DNA of 63,663 nucleotides, filler included, from Bigelowiella natans CCMP2755 (Eukaryota; Protista; Cercozoa): the NCBI GenBank assembly GCA_000320545.1. It is 7 parts of 7 records of this genome, joined end to end, with 100 filler letters (N's around TTAATTAATTAA, not from the genome) between each part and the next. Parts side by side here need not be neighbours in the genome. Positions count along the whole stretch, not along the records: positions 12,546 to 22,013 come from ADNK01002238.1; positions 22,114 to 28,439 come from ADNK01001999.1; 5 more parts are not named here. One strand, 5' to 3'. The notes beneath the pieces are model-generated. The model made no database searches, was not told the origin of the DNA, and saw only the letters and a list, made by a program, of their open reading frames with translations. Position 1 is the first letter of the stretch, and every line of letters begins with the position of its first letter. Positions 12,858 through 25,332 of this stretch are shown piece by piece. Both the position numbers and the translations under genes were made by a program.

Positions 12858-13891
12858 AAGTCTTGGAGAATGAAATATAAGGAATTCAGATGAATGGCCT
12901 CTACAACATCACCCCACCCCCACCCGACTTACCGTTTGTCCGAGTTTGACCATATGATAGCATAGTATCTTGGTGGAGGTGGAAACACGCATAGTTAGAA
13001 ATCATAGTCTAGCATCGTCGCAGAGGAAACGAGACAACACCTTCCTTGGTCTTCGACATACACGAATGCTTGCTCGAATATCCGCCCGCGCCTGGATGTC
13101 CATTCTCATGATGTATGATCGAAAACAGTGACAAAATGAAGCGATGCAAACGCCGAAAAAGACATGCTCTACAGGTACGCGAAAGGGATGTTTTGTAGCA
13201 TCATTCAAGACTTTCCGCAGATGTACCCGCCGTGAAAGTTGTCGAGTGAGCTTAAAGCCATATAGCTCTGAAGATATTTTCCAAATATGAAACGCATAGG
13301 CACAGACACACGTTATGGTAGATGAATATATACATACATATCTTTGTGCCGAGTGTACATGTAAGATGTAATATTTTGTATTACAGTATCTATAATGATG
13401 ATGATTGAACACGTACCAAAGGACTGTGGAGCATTGCTTTCGTTGACTGAAGCTGACTCGCCTTCATAAATACATAATGATCTTAGATGGAAGTTGCATA
13501 ATATACAACGTGCACGCTAGACAGACAGCAAACACGGGGTCAGGATGCATCCTTTATGCGCAAGAACTAGTACACTCACGAATTAGTTAGTACCTTTCGA
13601 AATATCCTATTGACACACTGACTTTTGGCGAAGGAAAGAGGGTCCTGTAATAACACACGCACTTAAAGAGTGATAAGTTTGAGAAAAGAGCATCAAGCAT
13701 GAGATCGTAAGGGAGCGTCGAAGCTGCAAGGTGGGTAGTAAGAGAGGACTCTAGTAAATAACGCTTACCAAATACGTCATTATCCTGCCTAGTATTGGAA
13801 GCGAAAGCCGTGACATAGGCGAAATCTCTCTGTCCCTTTTCCGCGCCCGGAGGGGGGGCGTCGCCGTTGTCGGCCGCTCCTTCCGCTTCAT
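12624..13891 (-). CDS. F-box protein with uncharacterised C-terminus, multi-exon (not recognisable in the ORF track)
   Basis: Exon 1 MKRKERPTTATPPLRARKRDREISPMSRLSLPILGRIMTYL|gtaagc splices in phase 0 to ttacag|DPLSFAKSQCVNRIFRK, giving the F-box pattern L.L.IL..I..YLD..S......V.R.FR. Further GT-AG exons run down to ~12624; the 3' end is approximate. Confidence 0.7.
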
Positions 13892-14118
13892 CTATCGTCG
13901 CCTTTTCCTGTCAGGACTTCATAGTCCTACGACAACAATATATGTGTGTCGCAGCTCGAAAACGACATCGTTTTCCAAAATGGAAGTGAGAGATCCCGAC
14001 CGACTGCGACAAGACAATGTCTCCATGTAAATTCGGACTGCATATTTCAAAAAAAGTGGTTGCGACCGAGCATCGAAGTGTGTCTTAAAACTGCATTATC
14101 GGAATATCTCCACCTGCC
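13892..14118. promoter_or_regulatory. Putative bidirectional promoter between the F-box gene and the VIT-DUF2135 gene
   Basis: Only 227 bp separate the two divergent ATGs. Confidence 0.55.
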
Positions 14119-14874
14119 ATGGGCAACTCGCCACCATCAAGGAAGAACAACGCCGCCATGGGGGCTACAAAGAGCGTAGCTGGCGGATTGGTAGTGCAAT
14201 TCTCAGATCGAAAGACGCCTCTAAATATGACAGAGGCAAGCATCCAAGTCATCGTTCATGGGACGCACACTGAGGTCGCTGGAGAGGAAAAAAAATCTTC
14301 CGAGAGGAAAAAGGAAGCGTTATGATTTGCCCTTTCTTCTTTGACCTTAACTCAATTCTAGGTTCGTCAGCGGCTTACTTTTTACAATCCGCACGACCGC
14401 TCTCTCGAAGGGGAACTCGTCGTGCCCCTCCCGGAAAAAGCAACCGTCTGTCGATTCGGTATCGATGATGACAACCTTTTACACAATGATAGCAGAAACT
14501 TGAATGATGACTCGCCGTCTTTATCTCACCTTGCTCTACGTCATAGGTAAGATCGATCCCCACTCCAAGCTAACGAATTGGGCCACGATCGTCACGAAAG
14601 AAAAGGCGAGAGTAGTATTCGAGAAGGAGGTGCGAACGGGGGGGAAAGCGGCTATGGTGGAAAAGGTTAAAGACGCAGGAAATCTCTACAAGACACGGAT
14701 ATATCCAATTCCAGCAAAAGGTGAGGTGACTGTCGAGCTCTGGCACTTTGATTCGCTAAATGCCAAACCTGTGACGAAGGTAATAGTAGTAGTAGTAGCA
14801 GTAGTAGTAGCAGTCGTCGTCTTTCCCTCCATTAATTCGATCAGTGCCGATGCATAAACACACTCACTCACACG

Positions 14875-14972
<98 letters not shown>

Positions 14973-17295
14973 TGCACATGCACATGCATATACACGCACA
15001 CTCAAACACGCATACTACGACAGGGCAAAGATGTGGCAGCGGTGAAGAAGCCAGCAGACTCTGGGCTTTGGTTTGACCTTCCCGGACCAGCTCGTCGGTC
15101 ACGTTGCACACTTTTTGGGGCCGAAAATGCTTGCAATGCTTTCGTGCGTAAATAAACGCGTCCAGCGAGTCGTTAGCGCCTCCCTCCTAACCTTGCCCCT
15201 TCATTGTGCTGGCCTCGCTGAAACGGTCAATGTGAGCGTTGTCGCGGCACCGTCATCATCAGCCTCCTCCACCCCCTCAGAGAGCCAAAACTCCACGGCA
15301 CGTAACGGGGACCGAATATATGCTTTGGAGGGCTCAGCCACTCTTCTCCATCTAAAGCAGGAGAGCTTCGGCAAGCTAGCATGCCAGGTAAAGAAACCAG
15401 GCCCGCTTGCGCGCATAGGAGTAGCAATGCCGTTTCTGATCGGTAACAATGAGCTAGTGAACGTCCAACGCCTCGCCGATGGGTCGTTCCCCACGGGTAG
15501 CAGCAGCAGCAGCAGTGGAGACAGCAAAAGCAGAACTTCTAAGGAGGAGGAGGAGGAAACGTACTTCTCTATCCTAGACCGACCGCTCGGTCTTGAGATT
15601 ATGTCGCGTGGGATGTTGCCAGAGAGCGACGGTACCGTCGCTAAGAGCGTGGGAATTGTATGGGACACGTCTCTGAGTCGCGGCGTGGACGCCAAAGCGA
15701 TGAAGGCGGTGCAGCAGGAGCGTAAAGTCCTCGAGGCCTTCCTCACCAAAAGCGAAGCCATAAAGAGCGAAACAACGAAGCTATCGCTATATTCCTTCTC
15801 CACTTGCATAACGCCGTGCACGGGCGTGCAGAAGGTCGATGCGAAGTCTCTCATTGCGGCTGTGAGTGACATTCAGTATAGGGCCGGCACCAGAATGGAG
15901 GCTCTTGTGCTTAAGGGGGGGGGGGGGGGCGATAAATCATCTCTAGGCGACCACGATTTTTGGCTTGTCTTCACTGACGGCGTGGCAACAATCGGACCCA
16001 GTACTATCGGAGAGCTCCCCACAAAACCGTGCTACTTCCTCACGGCATCTCCTACTGCAAACAGGCCTTACCTTCGCGCGTTAGCCCTTGACTCGGGTGG
16101 GCGGTTCTTCGACATTCTGAACCCGCGAGAGGCCGCTGCTGCGCACAGGGAAATCGCTCGCCCCTGGTTCGGCTTTATCAAGGCCGATTATGACAGAGAC
16201 CACATCACCGGACTGCATCCTTCCGGCGCTAGGCCAATGGGCGCCAACGAGCGACTCGCTCTCACTGGAAAGCTGTCAAAAGGGGTCAAGAAAACCAGCA
16301 TCACTCTTCACTACGGGGTACCGGGAAGGGCGCCTGTTATCAGCCGTAGAATCGCAATCACTGCAGGGGGGGGGAGGAGCAAAGAGGAAAGCAACGCAGG
16401 GACGATAATTGCGAGGACCTGGGCAGGCGACGAGATCCGGAGGATAGAGGGGGGGGGGGCGCTGCCGGAAGCGTACCGGAAGCTCGGCGATGAGAAAGGG
16501 AGGGAACAGCTCTTCGTGGAGCTTGGACGCAAGTATCAGCTTGTGAGTCCTGGCACCTCGATGCTTATGCTTCAGGACTTAGAGCAATACCTGAAGCACG
16601 ACGTCATGCCCCCTAAGGCCTCCCCCTTCTACAAAGAATTCCTCAAAACCCGAAGGGGGGAAACGGAGGCTGAGGCGCAGCAGGTAGCAGCATGGTGTTA
16701 TTGAATAGCAGCTAGCTTGTTTGCTGCTCGCGAATTTCGCTGCTGTCGGCTTGCTATAAGAAGTGCCGATGGCAGCAGCTGTCAATTTGATGAGCTGATC
16801 GCGTGATACAAACGTCAACCCTCTTTGACTCGAGATAGGGGACGAACGAAGAAGAAAGTGGCCTAACGATTGTTTGATGATGTTTGATTAACTTTTGTCA
16901 ACGTCTTCAATCCCATTCCCCTCCCCCCCCCCCCCCCTCCCCGTTCTTAAAGATTCGTAGTAAGATTGAAAAAGTCGAGGGGTGGTGGCAAGAGCGCGTC
17001 TCCTGGTGGGAGAGAGATTTCACAGAGGAGCAGAAGAAAAAGCCCGCCAGGAGCAAATCCAAGAAGAAACGCAGCATGCGCATGTCGACGCGGTCGGCGG
17101 TCCAAGAACTAAAAATGGACGACTGCATCGGGGGAGGGGGTGGGGGATTTGAAATAGAAGCTTGTCTGCGGAATGCGGATTTCGCATCATCTGACCACAG
17201 CGAGAACGAGGAATGTGAATTGGATTGTGACGATGATGACATGATCGAAGAATGTAGTGCTCCAGCTGCATCCGCGTCAAGGGGACGACGACGAA

Positions 17296-17341
<46 letters not shown>

Positions 17342-19283
17342 GCCGCCGAGCAGCGTCGGGGGGGAGATAAACATCGCTTCAACAATCAGTAAATCTGCAA
17401 AGGACGCGTCCTCATCCGTAAACGCCATGCGCGTGGCGCTCGAGAAGGCCGGAGGAGGCGGAGAGGTGGGGGGGGGCTCTGCTGCCAGTGGGGGGCTGGG
17501 GGCAGCACTCAAAGTATTCGAGTCGGAGCGGAGAAAGGGCGGGTTTGAGCATGGAACAACGACGAGCTTCTACTTCGATTGCGCCTCGTTCTTTTTCGAG
17601 AGAGCGCGTTTCGCAAGCGATCCTGCGACCGCAGCCGCCTTCCAGGAAGTGGCTCTGCAGATCATCACCTCGGTTCTGGAATTGGGACTAGAAGACCCTG
17701 TCCTCATGCGCTTGGTCGCGTACCGCTTGCAGATTGAATCGGAATCGGGGGGGGACAGCGACATGTTGCCAGTTCTGTCCGAAGTTGCTCTTAGCCTCTT
17801 CGATCGTGTCAAGACCTTGAGGCCCGAGGAGCCCCAGTCATGCCGAGATTTTGCATTGGCACTGGCAGCGAAGGCTTCCAGAATGGCAGGGGAGGGGGAG
17901 GGGGGGGGGGGGGGGAGAACAAGCTCCATCAGCAACCAAAAGAACACATGAAGGAGGCGATTCGACAGTGTGCAAGGAAATCGCTCGGGCTCTTTGCACG
18001 CGTTGTAACAGGGAACTGGGACTCACGGTTCGCCGAGGTCGAGGTCACGGCGCTCATGGAGATGAATGCGTTTGTCCACAGGATGCGAAACCTGCACCCA
18101 TGGATCCAGGAGGGAGAGGGGGGGGAGGGGATTTTCGAAACTTGATAAGAGGGAAGATGTCAGGGAAAAGCTTCCGAAGCCACTCCTCAAGAATTTGCCT
18201 TGTGAGCTCCGCGTCTCGCTCGGGTATAGCTCTTCTTAGGTTCTGGGGAAAAGGCGTACAAGCACACGGAAGGGAGGGGGTGGGGGGGGGGGGGGGCAAC
18301 GACATTTGGATCATGTTCGATTATATCTAAGAAATATTAGTGATGGATGTATGTCTTCCTGCCACCATCTAAAGAGCTTTCTTTAGATTATACAAAAGCC
18401 AATTCTTTGTACTTTCCTTACTGACATCTTGGATAATTGTTTGGCAATTTGAACACGAACCCGGGGAGGTGACACTTTCCTCGACACCTCGGGTATTAGT
18501 GAGACTAACCCTTGCCCCCCCATCCCCCCCCCCATCCCCCCCCCTTCGTGACCAGGTGGGACACGGATATGACTGATATTGACCTCCACGTTTACGAGCC
18601 TAGCGGAGAGGAAGCAAGCTATGAAAATCAAAAGACGCGTATTGGAGGACGTATGAGTAGGGACTTTACGCAAGGTGCAGCCTTTGTAGCCATGCGATGT
18701 GTTCATTTGTCTCCGTTGAGGTGTCGCTCGAGCCTTCTAAACAGCAGCATGCATTTGCCATTCTCGATCGCGGCGGTCGCTGTTCATCTGTTTGCCGGGT
18801 TTATTTCGTAGGGTACGGCCCAGAGGAATATGTGATAAAGAGCGCATTGGGGGGCAAGTACGTCGTCAAGGTAAACAAAGCGTCGCGACAACCGACAATT
18901 CCTTCGCTGCAAACTCTTGCAGGGTTCGCGTCATTCTTCGCCCTCCTCTCCTTCCGAGAGAGAGAAAATCAAAAGCCCATTTCTCGCACGACAACCCACC
19001 GCGGAAGATTTGGAGGGAAATTTTAGCGTTGATTTGCTGCTGCTTCTTGTTTCTGCTTATTATCGATCTTACACCGATGGACCCTGCTTCTAATCAGGCC
19101 AAATATTATTCCTCTCATCGCGAAGATTTCTCCGGTGCGACAACTCTCCTACTCCGTTTCACTACTAATTTCGGTCACCATCTGCATGAGAGGACCAAGG
19201 TTGTTGCGTTGCGGCTAAGTGAAAACAAAGAGATGGTAGAGGTTGGAAGCATAGACATTCCAAAAAAGCCATGGCAGGATTGA
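14119..19283 (+). CDS. VIT-vWA-TPR-DUF2135 (YfaP-like) protein of bacterial type, with N-terminal MGNS and internal F-box-like motif; two apparent frameshifts in G runs
   Basis: VIT: [56 protein letters not shown]. vWA: [33 protein letters not shown]: [19 protein letters not shown]2135: [52 protein letters not shown]. Stop at 19283. Confidence 0.88.
17298..17339 (+). repeat. (CAG)14 coding polyglutamine tract
   Basis: Perfect CAG run translated as Q14 in ORF 16884-17951. Confidence 0.9.
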
Positions 19284-19355
19284 CATATCCGTGGTAGTTA
19301 CTATGAACAGCATGCATACTCGAGATATACTTGCAGCGTGCAGATGCATGTACGT

Positions 19356-19397
<42 letters not shown>

Positions 19398-19439
19398 ACA
19401 TATGCACATTGTATCGCATGCATGTCTTGCACACATGAG

Positions 19440-20850
19440 ACAGATGTAATGAATGATATCAAAATTTTCAATCTACATCCACATGCATGAAAGTACAGGC
19501 ACTACCTGCAATGTGTACTCTAGTGTACACACACATACATGTGCTAGATATGCCTAATTAGACGTAAGTGCGTCTCTACGCGTGCACTGCTAGACCCTAG
19601 ACTGTCAAAAGTGCATCAGTCTAGCAGTGGTACTTCTTCACATTTCGCCAAAATTCAATCACATGCATATTGTAGCACTGTGCTAGTACTAGAGTATGGC
19701 GTGTAGCGTTAACATGAATGATCACATTTATTAGCACTAGCTTGGTCATGCAATAAGCTAGCAAGAAGCAGAAACTTGCGCGTGTTTTGCTTTTATTGTT
19801 GCTTCGATGCTGCACTACTGCACTACGCTAGACAATTGTCTAGACTAGTGCATGCAACAAAACACCAATCATGTCGTTGCTGTGTGTGCAAACTTTGACA
19901 TCACACACAACAGACAAAAGCGTGAAATTACTGCAGAGAACGAAGCCATCTCAATGCGCTACGTGCACGCGGCAATTCGCGCTGCTAGGCTGGTTAGCTT
20001 GACAGGTCGTGCATGGTGATGTCACATTCTGCGCGTGATGACAGCGCTAGAGCGTGCTGACTGTGACAACACTATGACACCACAATCCCTCAAAACCCAC
20101 CCCAACGAATGCAACTAGCTAGCTAGGTTGAGGCTAACAAGATGTTACCAATCTGCAATGCCGCTATCTAGCTAGCCGGCGATAATGGCGCCAGGCTTTC
20201 TAGCTTACTAGCTCTAGAGCTCTCTAGCTCTGCATGCCAGCATGTTGACTCATCTAATCATTGCAACTGACACACAACGAACATCCTGCTGGCTGGACAG
20301 CCTAGCTAGCTCCAGAGCTAGCTAACAGGGCTATAGCAGCGAGTCCAGACCAAGTGACGATCGAAAACGGGTGGCACTTGCAGCTTGCTAGCTACGCTTG
20401 CAAGCAAGAACAAAGACAATGGGCGTCAACCGATCTAGCGATCTACAGCGATCCCGCGTCATGTACGTCGTGTACGCGTTTTGTTTCCAAACCCAACCAA
20501 GCTCAACAGCAGTTCAATTGCATGTTCGATGCTGCTGGCTGCAATGATGAGATGAGGTCCACACTAGCATAGCTGACTATGACTTATGCAACAGCTTTCA
20601 TTTAGCGTGCTAGCGTGGCAGCGCAGCGACGTGCACGCTCTAGCTAGCTAGACTCAGCGCTGCATGTTGTTGGTCAAATGATGCAGCCGCACGCATATAA
20701 CAATCTCAAAGGTTACGCTCTCATGCACGTACATCCGCCACTAGCATGATCTAAATGATGAACGATGGACACAGTAGCAGGCTATAGCAGGGTGCACATC
20801 TCTAGATCTAGAAATGTGCATGCACGTGGTCGACATATTCGAATATCATT
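19440..20850. other. CTAG/GCATGC palindrome-rich intergenic tract (longest of about eight)
   Basis: About 12 CTAG counted by eye in 20111-20325, plus dense GCTAGC, GCATGC, TGCA and AGCT; no credible ORF. Confidence 0.8.
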
Positions 20851-21069
20851 TATATCATGATGATGATGAACAAAAGCGACGACGTACGATCCTCGCCAGC
20901 CGCCACTGCATGCAACGACCGCCATGATGCGCACATGCATTGCTACATCCTGCCTTCAACACAATACGTGTTGACGAAAGTTACATGTTCGCATCGCATC
21001 ACTCATGATGCGTCGGTGGCGGCAGCTCTCCTCCTCCTCCTCCTCCTCCTCCTCCTCCTCCTCCTCCTC

Positions 21070-21507
21070 CTCTTTCCCTCGAGTATTCACGGCGCCGGCC
21101 GCGTTCTCGTGGGGGCTGTTGGAAGCCCTCCTCTCTGATACAGTAGTGGACAAACACACTCAGTGAGCCCTTCGCTCACACACACACACACACACAAGAA
21201 ATCAAAGATGCACGGAAGAGAGGGAGCAACACCGTGCGCTGAGAGAGATGCTTTCATATGATAGGGCCAAGATCTTACATTGACAAAGAGATACACACAC
21301 ACACACGTGCGCGCGCGCGCACACACAGAGACACTCACGCATACACACACCTTCCTCTAGGGTCGTTTTCGCCGCCAGGGTCCCTCCTCTCGTACGAAGG
21401 GTGTTCATATCGTGGAGCAGATCGGGGGGGGCGGGAGGATTGCCTCGAGTAGTACCCGCTAAAGGAAGAATGTATAAATAAGAAATAAATAAATAAATAA
21501 ATGTACC

Positions 21508-21549
<42 letters not shown>

Positions 21550-21580
21550 CTCCACATAATATTAAATATGTATACATATA

Positions 21581-21627
<47 letters not shown>

Positions 21628-21915
21628 TATGCGGCGTCGTAAACGGCTTCATGCGTGTTTACTACTCCACATGATTCCGAAGCATAGCGCACACGACGAC
21701 GACTCAGTATATCCGCGCAACTTGCTGTTGTTGTTGTTGTTGTTGTTGTTGTTCTTACCGCCCTGGCGGAGGCCTTCCACGCTTATATCTGGATCTTGGT
21801 CCTCCTCCTCCCCCCCCTCCCCCTCCTCGCTCTCGGCCATACTCCCATGACTGCCGACGGCGGTTGCGTGCGATGTTGAAGAACACTTCTTCTCCGAGCA
21901 AGGTCAACCCTCCCT
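21070..21915 (-). other. Probable exon fragments of an unidentified gene next to the gap
   Basis: GC-rich blocks with AG/GT boundaries between microsatellites (e.g. 21352-21458, ~21759-21914); no recognisable domain. Confidence 0.3.
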
Positions 21916-22013
21916 AGGGAACACAAGTAGAATGCGGGGGGACAAGACGCCGCGCATTAAGATGACGTAAAAATATAGCGCCTTCGCAGTGTACGGTAGA
22001 TCGGCAAACACGC

Positions 22014-22113
22014 NNNNNNNNNNNNNNNNNNNNNNNNNNNNNNNNNNNNNNNNNNNNTTAATTAATTAANNNNNNNNNNNNNNNNNNNNNNNNNNNNNNN
22101 NNNNNNNNNNNNN
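22014..22113. other. Assembly gap linker
   Basis: Identical 100-bp spacer. Confidence 0.98.
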
Positions 22114-22398
22114 AAGCCGGTATTGACAGGCCCCTGTGCGTCCGCCCGAGGAGCCATCTTAACAACGACCATCCAGACGACGACCGTGACATCATCGACC
22201 GTGATATAGAGCGAACAAACCCACGAGGTTTAGAAGAGAGATGTACAAATATCGTTTCTTAGTCATTTTTCGTCATCGATTCAAATCAGCATTAACCATT
22301 GTAGCTGAGATCAATCCTCCTCCTCCTCCTCCCAACCGCTACATCAGCAGTTTCTCCGCCGCCGGCAGCTACTAGGAACACTGGTGGTGGTGGTGATG

Positions 22399-22429
<31 letters not shown>

Positions 22430-24511
22430 CTGGGTGATGAGGTGGACGTTACGCAGCTTTTCCGAACTCAGGTAGTGCCTCACATCTTTCAGCCATACCA
22501 CATCGGCATCCTATTACGTACGACGAAAACGACCGTCAGTCGTGAGCATGCCTCGCATCAATCACAGACAGCACTCGCAAGCGGCGCTGACACTGAATTA
22601 TCTACTATCGTTGACCCACCTGCGTAATGACCGTGTACTTCATCTCGAGGAGCTGTGTAAGGCATGTGACGAGGATGGCCATTGAGTCCGGGAAGCCCTG
22701 TTTTAGTTGAAAGGAATGATTGCTTGGGGGGTTGAAGGGGGGGGGGGGGGGGTAGTGGACGCAGAGAACGGGGCTAAGGCCTAGCATAACTCTTGCCGTG
22801 CGACAATGGATTATATGGGTGATGATGCGCTCTAATAATAGCCTCCAAAGACTCGAGGCGAGCCCTCCCCCTTCTTGCTGTGCTTTGCTTCTAAGTGCCC
22901 CGTCCGCTTACGTACCATCTTGGCGACGTTGTTTCGGGTGAGGTTCATCTTTTCGGCCCACTCCTCGTCCTGGCAAACACGCCATCAAAGGGAGGAATCG
23001 ACGCGAGATACGATTGGAAATGGCCGTTTAAACGCATCGCACAGATGGGCACATATGCTGGATTCCCAGACAAAAATCAGAAGGGTCGCCCTCTCCCCCC
23101 TCTCTTGTGATTTTCGGAAGCATTAGAACGCAATGACAAGGGGAGCGAAATGGGGGGAAATCGGGGGGGGGCATTTTCTGAGAGGGGGGAGGGCGGGGGA
23201 GAAGCAGCTATGAGGTAGTGACCAGGTGCTGGGGACTGACGTTAAATAACGAGGGGGGCATTGCAATGAAGCCGCTCTGTGGAAAAAGGCAGTGGAAGAA
23301 AGACGAATGACAAACGATAAAAACTAACTCTATCAACACCACCGCTACCATCCTGCCATCATTTCTTCCTCCACAGCATTTCTCTTCTCTCCTCCACAGA
23401 ATTGAACAACAGTCGAAAGCTCCGTCCCCCCCCCCCTCTTCTTGCAGCCGACCCCTAAACACCGCATTTTGCTTCTGGTACATGTGTAGGAGTTGATATC
23501 TACCTTCCTCGCCATTGCATACGTTTCATCATCGGCAGCAAGCACCAGCGTTTGTTTGCTAAATGGATAGAATGAGAGGGGAGGGGGAGGGGCGCGCGGG
23601 GGGGAGAACGACGGCGTTGAGCCCAGGGTTATCAATCTTTCATATATACCAATATGCAGCTGTTTTCTAATACATAACACGCTGCCGCTACTCTATTACT
23701 ACTACAATGCAATTGACATCGACGATGATGATCTAGGGGGAAATACCGCATGTCCTCAGAGAAATGGCTTCTGCAGCCACAAGCCCAATTCACTAAATAG
23801 GGAAAGTGCGCCTTGTTCGTAGCAGTAACCTACCAATCGCAACATCGGCGTTGTGAGAAACCGAAGTGATCGAAAACGGGGACCGTGGGGAGGGGGGGGG
23901 GGGGGGGAGGAAATCTTGTTCTCAAAGTTCGTTCTTCCTCCCGAGTTTGCATGATAATGCCCTGCTATAGGACACCTCCATCTGCGCTCCCACCCCTCCC
24001 CATGCCGGCCCCTGATTTCCCATTCATGCTCGGCGCAGCAGTGGTACCACGATGGGTTGGGCGTTTCTGTCGGGAAAGCTGTCCGTGATGATCTGCGCGC
24101 GTTCAGCTGCAAGGGTCTCACTCGAAAACCTATGCGACAACGGAAAGAAGGGCCGTTGAGCTGCTTTTGCTACACTCTGTGACATGGTCTCGTTTGCAAT
24201 CGATGATCCTTACGCTGTAATGAGTCTGGAGGCCTGGGCGCGGTGCCACGGCTTGGTACAGGCTAAACAGCTCTCATCTTAATGGCAAAAAGCAGAAGAA
24301 AGCAAAGACGGACTCTCAACGAAATGACACCAACACTAAACACGCTGGTCGAAACAGGTAAGTAGCTTGTGCGTGGGCATTGGCAGGAGCTATGCTTAAA
24401 TGGAGGCGTCCACAGATCATCATACACTAGGAGGGTTATTGTACCTTTTTCGCATCGCATGGACCTTCTACCCCAAGGACCACCTGCCGCTGCCTAAAAC
24501 ACAATGGCGGC

Positions 24512-24553
<42 letters not shown>

Positions 24554-24568
24554 GCATGCATGCATGCA

Positions 24569-24619
<51 letters not shown>

Positions 24620-25332
24620 GTTGTTTCACGTAAACACAAATAGCCTGAAGAAGGAAATGAGATGCTGTAATGCCAAAAAAGGAACTAATTCATGTGGTTA
24701 ATTCCGAATAACATACCTTGCAGATCTTCAGGTCTTGCAAGGTGAAGAATTCTCGACTTTTCAACTCAGCCTTCAAGGATCCCTCAGGGAGCTGCCACGA
24801 AACATGGTTTTGTCAAGAATCTAAAACTCCTCTTCCACCCCCTCCCTACCGCCCCTCCCTACCGCCCCTCTCCCCCCCCCCTCTCTTGCTCCTTTACACA
24901 TTTTCCCCTACATCGCCATCGTCAAAGTGAAGCGGATCAAAGTTGTCGATAGTCCCCGGTGAGGCGATTGACGACGCGCCTTTAGAGCTACTGCTGCTAC
25001 TGCTTCCGCTGCTAATTGTATCTTCTTTATCACCCAGTCCTTGTGTTTTTCCGTGTCCATCACCACCATCACATTCACAATTTGCAGACAAACGTGGCTC
25101 CTCCTGCTGTGTTGTTGTTGATGTTGTTGTCCTTCCGGCAGCTTCCATCATCATCATGTGCTGATTCTGGTGCCAAAGATCCACCTATCAGAAGCGTACG
25201 AAAGCGAAACTGACCGTCGGAACATACGACAATCCACATTTAAGGAGCACATACCACAGCAACGATGCAAACGGCGAAGCCGATCGTAAGTATCCATCGC
25301 GTTATCCCACGCGTGCGGTAGGCAGAAACCAT
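22114..25332 (-). CDS. Nucleotide-diphospho-sugar transferase (PF03407/GT77-like), type II membrane protein, 3' end lost in gap
   Basis: N-terminal anchor MVSAYRTRGITRWILTIGFAVCIVAV; NWACGCR; TLVLAADDETYAMARK; LTQLLEMKYTVITQ|DADVVWLKDVRHYL (DxD motif); MAPRADAQGPVNTG (NxGF motif running into the gap). Confidence 0.8.

Noticed and set aside
15201-15872. Long antisense ORFs (also 5009-5572, 16907-17512, 41417-41986)
   Set aside because: Shadow ORFs opposite GC-rich real exons, with no motifs.
19440-20850. Transposon, CRISPR array or tRNA/rRNA as explanation of the palindrome tracts
   Set aside because: No terminal inverted repeats, LTRs, transposase/RT motifs, regularly spaced direct repeats or RNA-gene signatures seen anywhere in the window.
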